DNA from: Tubiluchus corallicola
Taxonomy: Eukaryota > Animalia > Priapulida
Assembly: GCA_030141605.1 (NCBI GenBank)
Contig: JAQGDQ010001515.1
Location: 1-36,825, forward strand
DNA: 36,825 bases
Reading direction: 5' to 3'
Part shown: positions 12,301-24,485 of the stretch, one piece after another
How positions within the stretch are numbered: the first letter of the stretch is position 1
Layout: every line of letters begins with the position of its first letter
Translations under genes and position numbers: made by a program
Notes under the pieces: model-generated
Databases searched by the model: none
Told to the model about the DNA's origin: nothing
What the model saw: only the letters and a program-made list of their open reading frames with translations

Positions 12301-14117
12301 TTTACCTGTGGTCAACTTTGGATTAGATGGTCAAATAGGTGAGTGTCCTAGGGTCATTCCAGCTCTCACACCTAGTCTCTTCTCTCATGTTTTACCTGTG
12401 ATCAACTTTGGATTAGATGGTCAAATAGGTGAGTGTCCCAGGGTCATTCCAGCTCTCACACCTAGCCTCTTCTCTCATGTTTTACCTGTGATCAACTTTG
12501 GATTAGATGGTCAAATAGGTGAGTGTCCCAGGGTCATTCCAGCTCTCACACCTAGTCTCTTCTCTCATGTTTTACCTGTGATCAACTTTGGATTAGATGG
12601 TCAAATAGGTGAGTGTCCTAGGGTCATTCCAGCTCTCACACCTAGTCTCTTCTCTCATGTTTCACCTGTGGTCAACTTTGGATTAGAAGGTCAAACAGGT
12701 GAGTGTCCTAGGGTCATTCCAGCTCTCACACCTAGCCTCTTCTCTCATGTTTTACCTGTGATCAACTTTGGATTAGATGGACAAATAGGTGAGTGTCCCA
12801 GGGTCATTCCAGCTCTCACACCTAGTCTCTTCTCTCATGTTTCACCTGTGGTCAACTTTGGCTTGGATGGTCAAACAGGTGAGTGTCCTAGGGTCATTCC
12901 AGCTCTCACACCTAGTCTCTTCTCTCATGTTTCACCTGTGATCAACTTTGGATTAGATGGTCAAATAGGTGAGTGTCCGAGGGTCATTCCAGCTCTCACA
13001 CCTAGTCTCTTCTCTCATGTTTCACCTGTGGTCAACTTTGGATTAGATGGTCAAAAAGGTGAGTGTCCCGGGGTCATTCCAGCTCTTACACCTAATCTCT
13101 TCTCACGTGTTTTACCTGTGGTCAACTTTGGATTAGAAGGTCAAACAGGTAAGTGTCCTAGGGTCATTCCAGCTCTCACACCTAGTCTCTTCTCTCATGT
13201 TTCACCTGTGATCAACTTTGGATTAGATGGTCAAATAGGTGAGTGTCCCAGGGTCATTCCAGCTCTCACACCTAGTCTCTTCTCTCATGTTTTACCTGTG
13301 ATCAACTTTGGATTAGATGGACAAATAGGTGAGTGTCCTAGGGTCATTCCAGCTCTCACACCTAGTCTCTTCTCACATGTTTTACCTGTGGTCAACTTTG
13401 GATTAGATGGTCAAATAGGTGAGTGTCCTAGGGTCATTCCAGCTCTCACACCTAGTCTCTTCTCTCATGTTTCATCTGTGATCAACTTTGGATTAGATGG
13501 TCAAATAGGTGAGTGTCCCAGGGTCATTCCAGCTCTCACACCTAGTCTCTTCTCTCATGTTTCACCTGTGATCAACTTTGGATTAGATGGTCAAATAGGT
13601 GAGTGTCCCAGGGTCATTCCAGCTCTCACACCTAGTCTCTTCTCTCATGTTTCACCTGTGGTCAACTTTGGATTAGATGGTCAAATAGGTGAGTGTCCTA
13701 GGGTCATTCCAGCTCTCACACCTAGTCTCTTCTCTCATGTTTCACCTGTGGTCAACTTTGGATTAGATGGTCAAATAGCTGAGTGTCCTAGGGTCATTCC
13801 AGCTCTCACACCTAGTCTCTTCTCACATGTTTCACCTGTGGTCAACTTTGGATTAGAAGGTCAAACAGGTGAGTGTCCTTGGGTCATTCCAGCTCTCACA
13901 CCTAGTCTCTTCTCTCATGTTTTACCTGTGATCAACTTTGGATTAGAAGGTCAAACAGGTGAGTGTCCTTGGGTCATTCCAGCTCTCACACCTAATCTCT
14001 TCTCTCATGTTTCACCTGTGATCAACTTTGGATTAGAAGGTCAAACAGGTGAGTGTCCTTGGGTCATTCCAGCTCTCAAATCTAGTCTCTTTTCTCATGG
14101 ACAAACAGGTGAGTGTC
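9280..14117 (+). repeat. 90-bp tandem array (about 54 units) made of the exon B 3' end plus its splice donor
   Basis: Unit translates ECPRVIPALTPSLFSHV(S/L)PV(I/V)NFGLDGQIG. Donor-like AG|GTGAGT every 90 bp from 9368 to 14048, with a last 60-bp unit ending at 14108. In-frame stops only at 11942 and 12161. Confidence 0.97.
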
Positions 14118-14702
14118 ATTATTACATCCTAAAACCTTTGCAATCGCAGTTTTGTCAAAGTGCATTCGTTTTTTCACGCCATAGTAGATTTCTAGCTAGA
14201 TCTCGAATTTTTTTAGCATTCTTTCTCAATGTTACATTATCATAATGAACTAAAATGAACTATATAAATTACATTTAAAAAAAGTGAAATGTAACTAACC
14301 ACCTTAGATTCTACCTTATAATCTTAGTAAAGGAAAACAGTAGATGTTTTAGATCATATTTCTACATCAAGTGGAAACATTGTTTGTTAAAATAATTTTA
14401 AAAGGGAATTGTTGCAATCTTGGTTTTTGTAAACGCAAAAATCTCTTGCATTTTGTGCAATTGTATGAGTGTTGGCGGAGAAAACTAAGCCAGTGCAGAA
14501 CTAAGAACATTTGAACTGAAAATTATGGATAATGAACTGTATGTTTTAGACGTGGAGTTAAACGAGATGTCATCAAAAAAGTCGAGTTTTTTTACATCAC
14601 GCAAAAAAGTTGGACAGTTAATTGTTTATTGTTATTAAAACAAAATGTTATTAAACCGTGATGTTTGTGACTCAGTACTTAATTTCTGTTGTACATTTGC
14701 AG

Positions 14703-14813
14703 TTGAATATCTGCCAAATTACATGCGTAAGGATTTGAAATGGAAATTGAAGATGCCTTGGACAGTTATCAAAAACATGTTTCGTCGATCAAATTATCGT
14801 AGAGCAAGAAAAG
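14703..14813 (+). CDS. TTLL4: TTLL4-like exon C
   Basis: tttgcag|..|gtacga, phase 1-1; VEYLPNYMRKDLKWKLKMPWTVIKNMFRRSNYRRARK, resembling TTLL4 VEKLPWEQRKLLRWKM..RSHF. Confidence 0.88.
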
Positions 14814-15004
14814 GTACGAGTGCTGGTCACATTTTTCTCCCTTTGGTGGTTTATAGCATTTAGAACATTTTAGCTAAGTCTGTTTTAGCTCTCGGTACAG
14901 TCCTAATTTCCAATCAGCAAAAAATACCCAAAATGCAACCACAAAATATGTAAACTTTTAAACACAGCCACGTGAGCAGTAGCCTTTAGGTGATAGAATA
15001 GATA

Positions 15005-15535
15005 CAATTGGACAGTGGATATTTTGGTAGTAACTGAATATTAGACAGTTGGACAGTGGACATTTGTGCAGTAGACATTTGGGTAGTAGCTACATTTGAG
15101 TATTGGGCACTTGGGTAGTGGACATTTGGGCAGTAGCTACATTTGAGTATTGGGCACTTGGGTAGTGAACATTTGGGTAGGAGCAACATTTGGGTAGTAG
15201 CTACATTTGAGTCTTGGACACTTGAGCAGTGGACAGTTGGGTAGTGGACACTTGGGCAGTAGCTACGTTTGAGTATTGGGCACTTGGGCAGTGCACATTT
15301 GGATAGTAGCTACATTTGAGTATTGGGCACTTGGGCAGTGGTCATTTGGGTAGTAGCTACGTTTGAGTATTGGGCACTTGGGCAGTGGTCATTTGGGTAG
15401 TAGCTACGTTTGAGCATTGGGCACTTGGGCAATGAACACTTGGGCAGTAGCTACATTTGAGTATTGGGTGCTTGGGCAGTGTTCATTTGGGTAGTAGCTA
15501 CATTTGAGTATTGGACACTTGGGCAGTGGACAGTG
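15005..15535. repeat. About 47-bp minisatellite with 15-16 bp subunits
   Basis: Unit cacttgggcagtggacatttgggtagtagctacatttgagtattggg. Confidence 0.9.
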
Positions 15536-16269
15536 AATATTTTAGACTGTTATAAGAAGAATGTTTCAACGATGAAATTATCGTTGGGCAAGACGTGGTG
15601 AGTATTTATATGGTGATTATAAGTAGGCCTACATACGCACTCAAGAAACAATGCTATACAAATATGGTAATATGCTGAAATCGCAATGAAATGCAGGCGA
15701 GTGTTAAATCATTTAGAATTTAAAGCATTGCTTCTAAATTTATCATAATCCAAACTTTGGTACACTTTTTCTTCGCCAACCAATATAATATTATGTAATT
15801 ATAATTAGTAGTACCATAATAAACTATTATGCACGACTACCAATATATATGTCACTCAGCACAACTGCACGGACATACTATAACATTTCAACCACTTTTT
15901 CTCTATAACGTGAAACATTATTGTACATTCTAAGATCAACTACAAAAGCTGCCCTAAAATAAGTTTACCTAAATTTGTACATCTCAGTGTGTACAATCTG
16001 CAAATCAGTGCATATTATCAAAATCGAACTCACAAGGTTAAGAGTGTTAAGCCCTTAACAGATCATTAAAAGTAACAAAAAGGATTTCAAAGAAAAATTT
16101 GCATCACTATTTTTGAAGTATTGTTGGCCCAGGAGTTAAATTCTGAGATAGATTAAAAAAATGCCTGCACCATCCGAAATCATTAAATGATACTTACAAT
16201 GATGACGCGTGATGTACTGGGGTCATTCACTCAAAACTCAATCCTTATAAAGACTGCTCATACATGCCG

Positions 16270-17152
16270 ACTCTAATTAAGATTTTAATCTATTATTTAA
16301 TTATCAGAAAATATTGCGCTATTAGTGCTATTAAAATGTATACTTTTACCGTACTTGAAAAAGTGTTAGTACATATGAAAAATCATCCTGTCTTCCTTTA
16401 AAGACAGGAACTATCAGTATGTTCGTGTAAAAGGAAAGACGAAAAACCACAAAATGACTAAATGTTTAGTCATTTTAGTCGGCATGCAGTAAGCCAGACT
16501 ACTGCATTCAAAAGCAGGGGCTGTTTAACATGAAGTTTTTAATGAGACTGGAGCCTGGCTAGTTATCAAGGATATCCCACTATGGTGAGCCACTGAACAG
16601 GCAGAGGTGTTTCAGCCACAATCAGAAGTATATACAACCTCCCTCTATGAGGTACATGACAAAAGGTTTATTGTAATTGTAATAATCTGTAAGTTTATTA
16701 GTAACAGCAAAAATATTCCACAACTTGCGAAATATTCCAGTGATGCACGTGTTTGCGAAAGCAAAAATTGAAGTACAGTGCTACTGTAAGATATTCAGTG
16801 TGCTGTACTAAAACTAGACAAGTTTTAAGCTAAAAATCCAAATTTCAAATTTACCGCTGTGTTCACGCATGAGCTGTCGAACGTATGCAGTTCGTCACAA
16901 ACTAGCACATCTGAACTGAGAGGTACAGCACTTGTTGTTTGTGCAACGTGTTTCCGAAATGTTAGTGCCCGTCTAACTAGCAAATGTCGAAATGCATGTA
17001 ACACCGAAGAACTAGTGGCGCGAACGTGAAATTGTGTTTATATGGTTGTAATTCTTGCACGTAAGTCGTTTTTGAAAAATATTATGTTTCCTTTCAATAT
17101 TTTAAAGCGCAGATTGTTTTGACCTGCAGTTTAAGATTGGGTTTTGCTTTAA
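16270..17152. mobile_element. Rearranged pieces of the Kolobok-like family
   Basis: 16270-16400 is the inverted left end (aaaaatcatcctgtcttcctttaa); 16704-17152 matches 8590-9030 in direct orientation. Confidence 0.6.
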
Positions 17153-17412
17153 GACAACTTTGACATAAAGTTTAGAGTGCGTAATTCACGAATCTAAATT
17201 TCTAAAGATAAATAACAAAGAACATAATGAAATCTATGTTCACATCTATAATTTATTAACATCTATAAATGGGAACAAATTTGGAAGAATTTGCAACACA
17301 ATGCACAAAAACAAAATGACGAGTATTCTCCAAGTTTAAACATATTTTAGCGAGTTAGTGGTCAGTAAAAAGCACTGCCGTCATGGTCACCCCATTTCCG
17401 GTTCAAACTTAA

Positions 17413-17869
17413 CCCTTTCAGTCCCAAATTATTTTTTAACAAGGAAGATTTTTTGGTTTGGTACTTTTGTTCAGTATGTCCATCTTATTTACACATAATA
17501 ATTATTTTTTTCTACCTGTGCCCGCGTGCTAAATATAGCCTGTATCCCACGGGATACATTGGGATTCAATGGAAGCATAAAATGTGCTTCGTTTTGCAAC
17601 TGCTGATAATTTTTTAAAGTATTTAAGACATTTAGTATGCATGCTATGCTGATCTGTACAATGTCATCTCTAAAGTACTGTACCTTGCGCAGTTTTTTAT
17701 GCATGTAGATTTTCTAGTTTGCCATTTTATCATCATTTTTAGTCTATTGTTATTGGCTTAAATCAAAATAACTATTAACAGATCAAATAACTGTCAGTTT
17801 TAAAATTTTATTAATTTTAAAGGCAGAAAATATTCTCGTATCCCACGGGATACAACGGGTATGAAAGGG
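17413..17869. mobile_element. piggyBac-like non-autonomous element, longer copy
   Basis: ttaa|CCCTTTCA..TGAAAGGG|ttaa; the internal near-palindrome gtatcccacgggatac occurs twice. Confidence 0.85.
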
Positions 17870-18008
17870 TTAAGACCTATCACCAAAGATAAAGTACATA
17901 ATATAAACACTGTCGACCAGCACGTGAACACAGCTGAACATATTTTTTGACATGTTCATTCAACCTGAACAAACCGAATAGATTATCAATATTATTGCAA
18001 AACTGCAG

Positions 18009-18082
18009 GTAAAGACTGGACTGCTTGCTGGTGCAGGAGGATTTCCATTGAACAATTGGAAGAGTTACAAGAGCATCAGAAA
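18009..18082 (+). CDS. TTLL4: TTLL4-like exon D
   Basis: ctgcag|..|gtaagt, phase 1-0; GKDWTACWCRRISIEQLEELQEHQK, resembling TTLL4 DDWLGCWGHH..IREHQK. Confidence 0.88.
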
Positions 18083-18224
18083 GTAAGTTGCAAATTGTTT
18101 GAGTTACTAATAAGTTTGTTACTAAAGGCTTAAAAATTGCTAGATTTCATAGAAGTTGTTAAGTTTCTCTTATTGCTGGAGCAGATTATTATCATTATCA
18201 TTAATCATTACGGCTCTTTTATTG

Positions 18225-19515
18225 CCTTATTTTTCATTGCAGTATAGCTTCCAGTTCACCTCTTTTATCACTTCACTTTTCATTGCAGTATAAATTCCAG
18301 TACACCCCTTCCATTGTTTCATTTTTCATTGCAGTATAGCTTCCAGTTCACCTCTTTTATCACTTCACTTTTCATTGCAGTATAAATTCCAGTACACCCC
18401 TTCTATTGTTTCATTTTTCATTGCAGTATAGCTTCCAGTTCACCTCTTTTATCACTTCACTTTTCATTGCAGTATAGATTCCAGTACACCCCTTCTATTG
18501 TTTCATTTTTCATTGCAGTATAGTTTCCAGTTCACCTCTTTAATCACTTCACTTTTCATTGCAGTATAGATTCCAGTACACCTCTTCTATTGTTTCATTT
18601 TTCATTGCAGTATAGTTTCCAGTTCACCTCTTTTATCACTTCACTTTTCATTGCAGTATAGATTCCAGTACACCTCTTCTATTGTTTCATTTTTCATTGC
18701 AGTATAGCTTCCAGTTCACCTCTTTTATCACTTCACTTTTCATTGCAGTATAGATTCCAGTACACCTCTTCTATTGTTTCATTTTTCATTGCAGTATAGC
18801 TTTCAGCACACCTCTTCTATTGTTTCATTTTTCATTGCAGTATAGCTTTCACTACACCTCTTTTATTGCTTTACTTTCATTGCAGTATAGCTTCCAGTAC
18901 ACCTCTTCTATTGTTTCATTTTTCATAGCAGTATAGCTTTCACTACACCTCTTTTATTGCTTCACTTTTCGTTGCAGTACAGCTTATAGTACACCCTTTT
19001 ATTGTTTTACTTTTCATTGCAGTATAGCTTTCAACACACCTCTTTTATTGCTTTACTTTTCATAGCAGTACAGCTTCCAGTACACCTTTTTACTGCTTCA
19101 CTTTTCATTGCAGCATAGCTTCCAGTACACCTCTTTTATTGCTGTACTTTTCATTGCAGTATAGCTTCCAGTACACCTCTTTTATTGCTTTACATTTCAC
19201 TGCAGTATAGCTTCCAGTACACCTCTTTTATTGCTTCTTCTTTCACTGCTGTATAGCTTCCAGTACAACCTCTTTTATAGCTTTACATTTCATTGCAGTA
19301 TAGCTTCCAGTACACCTCTTTTATTGCTTTACATTTCATTGCAGTATAGCTTCCAGTACACCTCTTTTACTGCTTTACATTTCACTGCAGTATAGCTTCC
19401 AGTACACCTCTTTCATTGCTATATTTCCCAGCCCACCACTTTTATTGCTTTACTTTTCATTAAAATATAGCCTTCAATAAATACCCTACGTTCATTGCTT
19501 TACATTTATTTGCAG
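18225..19515 (+). repeat. 46-bp minisatellite (about 27 units, 92-bp dimer structure at the 5' end) resembling the exon E acceptor
   Basis: Unit ttttattgctttacatttcattgcagtatagcttccagtacacctc versus the true acceptor ttcattgctttacatttatttgcag|tacaatc. Confidence 0.92.
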
Positions 19516-19710
19516 TACAATCATTTCCCAGGCTCGGGTACAGAGCATGCGCATAAAGACAGCTTCTGGAAGAGCATACAGCACATGCGCAAAAAGTACG
19601 GTTCAAAGGAATTCAATTTTGTACCAATGAGCTTTCTCCTACCCAGTGACCTGAGAGAGTTTCTGGGCTACTATAAAAACCATCCTCAGGAAAAATGGAT
19701 TTATAAGCCA
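19516..19710 (+). CDS. TTLL4: TTLL4-like exon E
   Basis: tgcag|..|gtaggt, phase 0-0; YNHFPGSGTEHAHKDSFWKSIQHMRKKYGSKEFNFVPMSFLLPSDLREFLGYYKNHPQEKWIYKP. Confidence 0.93.
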
Positions 19711-20254
19711 GTAGGTTCTATTTTATATCAAAAATCAGTTACAAATTGTTATAGTTATTTGTAAATGGTGACTCAAATTGCTTTTGACATTAGCTGTGGT
19801 GTCAGTATCATGTTGCAATTGTAAAAAATCAAACAACAAACTGGTTCTTGAACCGTATTAAGGCCAGTGTGAACCTGTCTTAATAAATTTTAATTTTGTG
19901 GCCAAGGTGGCTCCATCTAGCTGGAAAGTTTAAAGCGTGGGCATTGACCCAGTTATGTTTTCATTATGCTGTTCTGTAGTATATGTGAACATGTGTCTTG
20001 TGCAAGCTAGCGAAATGTTTATTTCTATTAATTGTTATTTTGATTTATTCATTGATATTTTTGAATGGTCTAAATAACTGTCAATCTAACTAAACTATGT
20101 AACTTTTCATAAAATTAGCCAATGTCAGTCACTTTTGCTTTTCTATTTTAATTTTTAAATATTGCAGAAACAAAGATCAGTGCTTTACACGAAATTCAAC
20201 TGAAACGTTTGAAGATTTGTCATAAATGCCTCTCAGAGACACTAACAAACCGGA

Positions 20255-20336
20255 ATAGGATTAGGATTAGGGTTAGGATTGGGGTTAGGGTTGTGATTTG
20301 GGTTAGAGTTAGTGTTTAGACTAGGGTTAGGATTAC
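20255..20336 (+). repeat. Degenerate (TTAGGG)-like tract
   Basis: ggattaggattagggttaggattggggttagggtt..agggttaggatt. Confidence 0.6.
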
Positions 20337-20438
20337 GGTATCTAAATTGCGTGGGGAATTCTGTACTGCAATCCTTATTACGATTACCATCAAAATTGTT
20401 AAGAATAGTTTTGTTTATTTCTGATGTTTTCATATATT

Positions 20439-22240
20439 CAGTACGCCATGTTTGGTGGAAGAGGTGTGGCAGTTTTGAGCAACCGTAATCCAGTACCAAA
20501 TAAGCCTGTTCTCATTCAAAGGTTAGTGTAGTATAGATGGTTCTCAGTACGCCATGTTTGGTGGAAGAGGTGTAGCAGTTTTGAGCATCCGTAATCCAAT
20601 ACCAAAGAAGCCTGTTCTCATTCAAAGGTTAGTGTAGTATAGATGGTTCTCAGTACGCCATGTTTGGTGAAAGAGGTGTAGCAGTTTTGAGCAACCGTAA
20701 TCCAGTACCAAATAAGCCTGTTCTCATTCAAAGGTTAGTGTAGTATAGATGGTTCTCAGTACGCCATGTTTGGTGGAAGAGGTGTGGCAGTTTTGAGCAA
20801 CCGTAATCCAGTACCAAATAAGCCTGTTCTCATTCAAAGGTTAGTGTAGTATAGATGGTTCTCAGTACGCCATGTTTGGCGGAAGAGGTGTGGCAGTTTT
20901 GAGCAACCGTAATCCAATACCGAATAAGCCTGTTCTCATTCAAAGGTTAGTGTAGTATAGATGGTTCTCAGTACGCCATGTTTGGTGGAAGAGGTGTAGC
21001 AGTTTTGAGCAACCGTAATCCAGTACCGAATAAGCCTGTTCTCATTCAAAGGTTAGTGTAGTATAGATGGTTCTCAGTACGCCATGTTTGGTGGAAGAGG
21101 TGTAGCAGTTTTGAGCAACCGTAATCCAGTACCAAATAAGCCTGTTCTCATTCAAAGGTTAGTGTAGTATAGATGGTTCTCAGTACGCCATGTTTGGTGG
21201 AAGAGGTGTAGCAGTTTTGAGCAACCGTAATCCAGTACCAAATAAGCCTGTTCTCATTCAAAGGTTAGTGTAGTATAGATGGTTCTCAGTACGCCATGTT
21301 TGGTGGAAGAGGTGTAGCAGTTTTGAGCAACCGTAATCCAGTACCGAATAAGCCTGTTCTTATTCAAAGGTTAGTGTAGTATAGATGGTTCTCAGTACGC
21401 CATGTTTGGTGGAAGAGGTGTAGCAGTTTTGAGCAACCATAATCCAGTACCAAATAAGATTGTTCTCATTCAAAGGTTAGTGTAGTATAGATGGTTCTCA
21501 GTACGCCATGTTTGGTGGAAGAGGTGTAGCAGTTTTGAGCAACCGTAATCCAGTACCAAATAAGATTGTTCTCATTCAATGGTTAGTGTAGTATAGATGG
21601 TTCTCAGTACGCCATGTTTGGTGGAAGAGCTGTAGCAGTTTTGAGCATCCGTAATCCAATACCAAAGAAGCCTGTTCTCATTCAAACGTTAGTGTAGTAT
21701 AGATGGTTCTCAGTACGCCATGTCTGGTGGAAGAGCTGTAGCAGTTTTGAGCATCCGTAATCCAATACCAAAGAAGCCTGTTCTCATTCAAAGGTTAGTG
21801 TAGTATAGATGGTTCTCAGTACGCCATGTTTGGTGAAAGAGCTGTAGCAGTTTTGAGCAACCGTAATCCAATACCAAAGAAGCCTGTTCTCATTCAAAGG
21901 TTAGTGTAGTATAGATGGTTCTCAGTACGCCATGTTTGGTGGAAGAGCTGTAGCAGTTTTGAGCAACCGTAATCCAATACCAAAGAAGCCTGTTCTCATT
22001 CAAAGGTTAGTGTAGTATAGATGGTTCTCAGTACGCCATGTTTGGTGGAAGAGCTGTAGCAGTTTTGAGCAACCGTAATCCAATACCAAAGAAGCCTGTT
22101 CTCATTCAAAGGTTAGTGTAGTATAGATGGTTCTCAGTACGCCATGTTTGGTGGAAGAGGTGTAGCAGTTTTGAGCAACCGTAATCCAATACCAAATAAG
22201 ATTGTTCTCATTCAAAGGTTAGTGTAGTATAGATGGTTCT
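20439..22240 (+). repeat. 106-bp tandem array: 17 complete copies of exon F separated by 26-nt GT..AG spacers
   Basis: Exon starts at 20442+106k up to 22138; spacer gttagtgtagtatagatggttctcag. Confidence 0.97.
20442..20521 (+). CDS. TTLL4: TTLL4-like exon F (first of 17 tandem copies)
   Basis: tattcag|..|gttagt, phase 0-2; YAMFGGRGVAVLSNRNPVPNKPVLIQ(S), occupying the place of TTLL4 PASARGIGIQVIHKWSQLPKRRPLLVQR. Confidence 0.88.
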
Positions 22241-22518
22241 GTTAGGCCCTCATCTATATTGTGTGAAATACTGTGACTTAACTCAATAGTTGTTGTGACT
22301 CGAAAAAAAAAGAATTTGCAATTTTTTACCACTCTGTCAGAAATATAAAGAACTGTACTGATCACGTAAATTTCTATTATATTTTGTCATTCAGCTGTTC
22401 TCTATCTACTTTGATTGTAAATGTATAAAAGTTTGATATACATTTTGTTGATATTATCTTACATTTATTCATTTATTGTTTTAATATTGGTACTAGCCAG
22501 TAGTGTTTGTGATTTCAG

Positions 22519-22647
22519 CTACATCAGTAATCCACTGCTCATTGAAGGATACAAGTTTCATCTCAGATTGTACGTTTATGTCACGTCAATACATCCACTG
22601 AGAATTTACATCCATGAAAATGGAATGACAATATTAGCCAGCACAAA
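22519..22647 (+). CDS. TTLL4: TTLL4-like exon G
   Basis: tttcag|..|gtaagc, phase 2-2; YISNPLLIEGYKFHLRLYVYVTSIHPLRIYIHENGMTILAST(K). Confidence 0.93.
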
Positions 22648-22722
22648 GTAAGCACGTTTTTCTTCAATTTAAAAAAATGGTTTTGCATGTGTTGACTAAA
22701 AAAAGAAGGAAGACAGTTAGTT

Positions 22723-22725
<3 letters not shown>

Positions 22726-22802
<77 letters not shown>

Positions 22803-22990
22803 CTCTCAATCTCTCAATTCTCTACTCTCCTCTCTGTCTCTCGATCACTGTCGAACACTCTCCACACTCTCTCTCTCCCTTCTGTCTGTCTCTCTAGCAC
22901 TCTCTCTGAACCCCCCTCTCTCTCTCTCTCTCTCGCTCTCTCTTTGTCCTTCTCTCTCTCTCTCTTTGTCTTTCTTTCTCTCTCTCTCTC
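22726..22990. repeat. (CT)n microsatellite, compound
   Basis: Seen directly. Confidence 0.95.
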
Positions 22991-22994
22991 GTTG

Positions 22995-23770
22995 GGGGTA
23001 AATTAACTCTGATAGTTTTTCAGCAGGTAACGGAATTCGTCAAGGTGGAAAAATGTCTCCACTGTTATTCAACTTCTATTTTAAAAATATCAGTGCTGCA
23101 CTTACTAACTCTGGTGTGAGTTGTCATATTGCTGAAGCCTCCATTAATCACTTGATGTACAAGATTAAACTTGTCACGTTTCGCTCCGCCCACATGCAGC
23201 AGTTTACTTTTGGGTCTGTTGTTTTGCAGTGTAAAAGTTCTGTACCTAGTAAAAAGGAAAATCTGGGTCACATTTTATCGGAAGACAATAGAGATGATTT
23301 AGATATATTACGACAATGCACAATTTACTATTCTAGAGCCAATAAGTTACTCATGAAATTTACTCACTGTTGAGTTAACTTGACGTGACAATTGCTTAAT
23401 GCTTACTGCACTACTTTTTATTGTATGTCCACTTGGAGACATTTTTATTCTTACAATCTTAGCAAACTCAAGGTTGCCTATAATGTATCAACACGGAAGC
23501 TGTTTAACTTTTCATATGATATGAGCGCCAGATATATTTCTACTAGACTTAATATTATTTATTTTGATGTGATTCACAGAAAATGTGCATACAGTTTATA
23601 CGTCAGGCTGAATAAGAGAGAAAACTTTATATGCAAGAGCATTTTAAATAGTGATGTAAACTTTACTTCTGTAATTAGATGTCATTGGCATAGTTTGTTA
23701 TATCGTTAAATGTTATTTGTGTTATTGTTGTGTGTCATAATGTATCATATTATTTGTATTAATTTGTGAT
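22995..23770 (+). mobile_element. Degenerate non-LTR retrotransposon RT/3' fragment (L2/CR1-like)
   Basis: NGIRQGGKMSPLLFNFY is an RT motif. The YADD region is lost after NHLMY, and the reading is broken by a stop/frameshift before the LKVAYN..RKLF C-terminal part. Confidence 0.8.
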
Positions 23771-23800
23771 GTGTATATGAACTTTGTGAAATTCGAAATG

Positions 23801-24277
23801 CAGTCAACTTCGGGTAAAAAGTACTCGCTTATAAGGGACTACCAACACCAGTCCCGATTTTTCGTAACGTTTTTCCTTATAAAAATCTTCGTATATAAGG
23901 TACTCGGATATAAGGGACTTTCGGTTATAAGGGACGATACAGGTCCCGTGTAATAGAAACCCAGGTAAAATACCTCTCAAATAAAGGGCTCTGTGATCAA
24001 AGCAAAATTGATCGATTTTTGACCTCAATTTTTCACAAACTCGACCTTCAAACAGCTCGGTTTCCGCGGTCACATACATCTCGCATCACTGAAGGAGCTT
24101 CCTGCAAACCGTTTGCACTGAATGTGTAGCAATAATCCATAAAAATATGGGTAAAAGTACAGTTCTAGATACACGCTCTTGACGTACAGTCTGACTCAAC
24201 TTCGGCTGTAAGGAACATCGAATATAAGGGACGATGTTTTCTGGTCCGGATGTGTCCCTTACATCCGAGGTCGATTT
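23801..24277. mobile_element. Degenerate pogo/Tigger-like MITE
   Basis: Left cagtcaacttcgg..tataagggac subrepeats; right gtcccttacatccgaggtcga is their inverse. Confidence 0.5.
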
Positions 24278-24362
24278 TAATATATTAAATCTAAAAAAAA
24301 TCAAATTTTTCTCATTACAATGCTTTACAAATGAGCGTCGTGACATTTTTTTTCTACTTTAG

Positions 24363-24485
24363 ATACTCCAACAAAGATGTGGATATAGACAATCAGTTCG
24401 TGCATCTCACCAACTTTGCTGTGAATAAGAGGAATGAGCTTTCAGAGCAAAATCTTACCTTTAGTCCACTCATTGCGCAAACGTG
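24363..24485 (+). CDS. TTLL4: TTLL4-like exon H (HLTN motif)
   Basis: ctttag|..|gtaggt, phase 2-2; YSNKDVDIDNQFVHLTNFAVNKRNELSEQNLTFSPLIAQT(W). Confidence 0.93.

Noticed and set aside
9272-14245. 890-aa, 71-aa and 675-aa repeat ORFs as standalone genes
   Set aside because: They start at non-ATG codons and are the amplified end of TTLL4-like exon B.
20255-20336. True telomere or chromosome fusion site
   Set aside because: Short, highly degenerate and intronic.
20439-22240. CRISPR-like appearance of this and the other regular arrays
   Set aside because: No unique spacers, no cas genes, and a spliceosomal eukaryotic context; these are plain tandem duplications.
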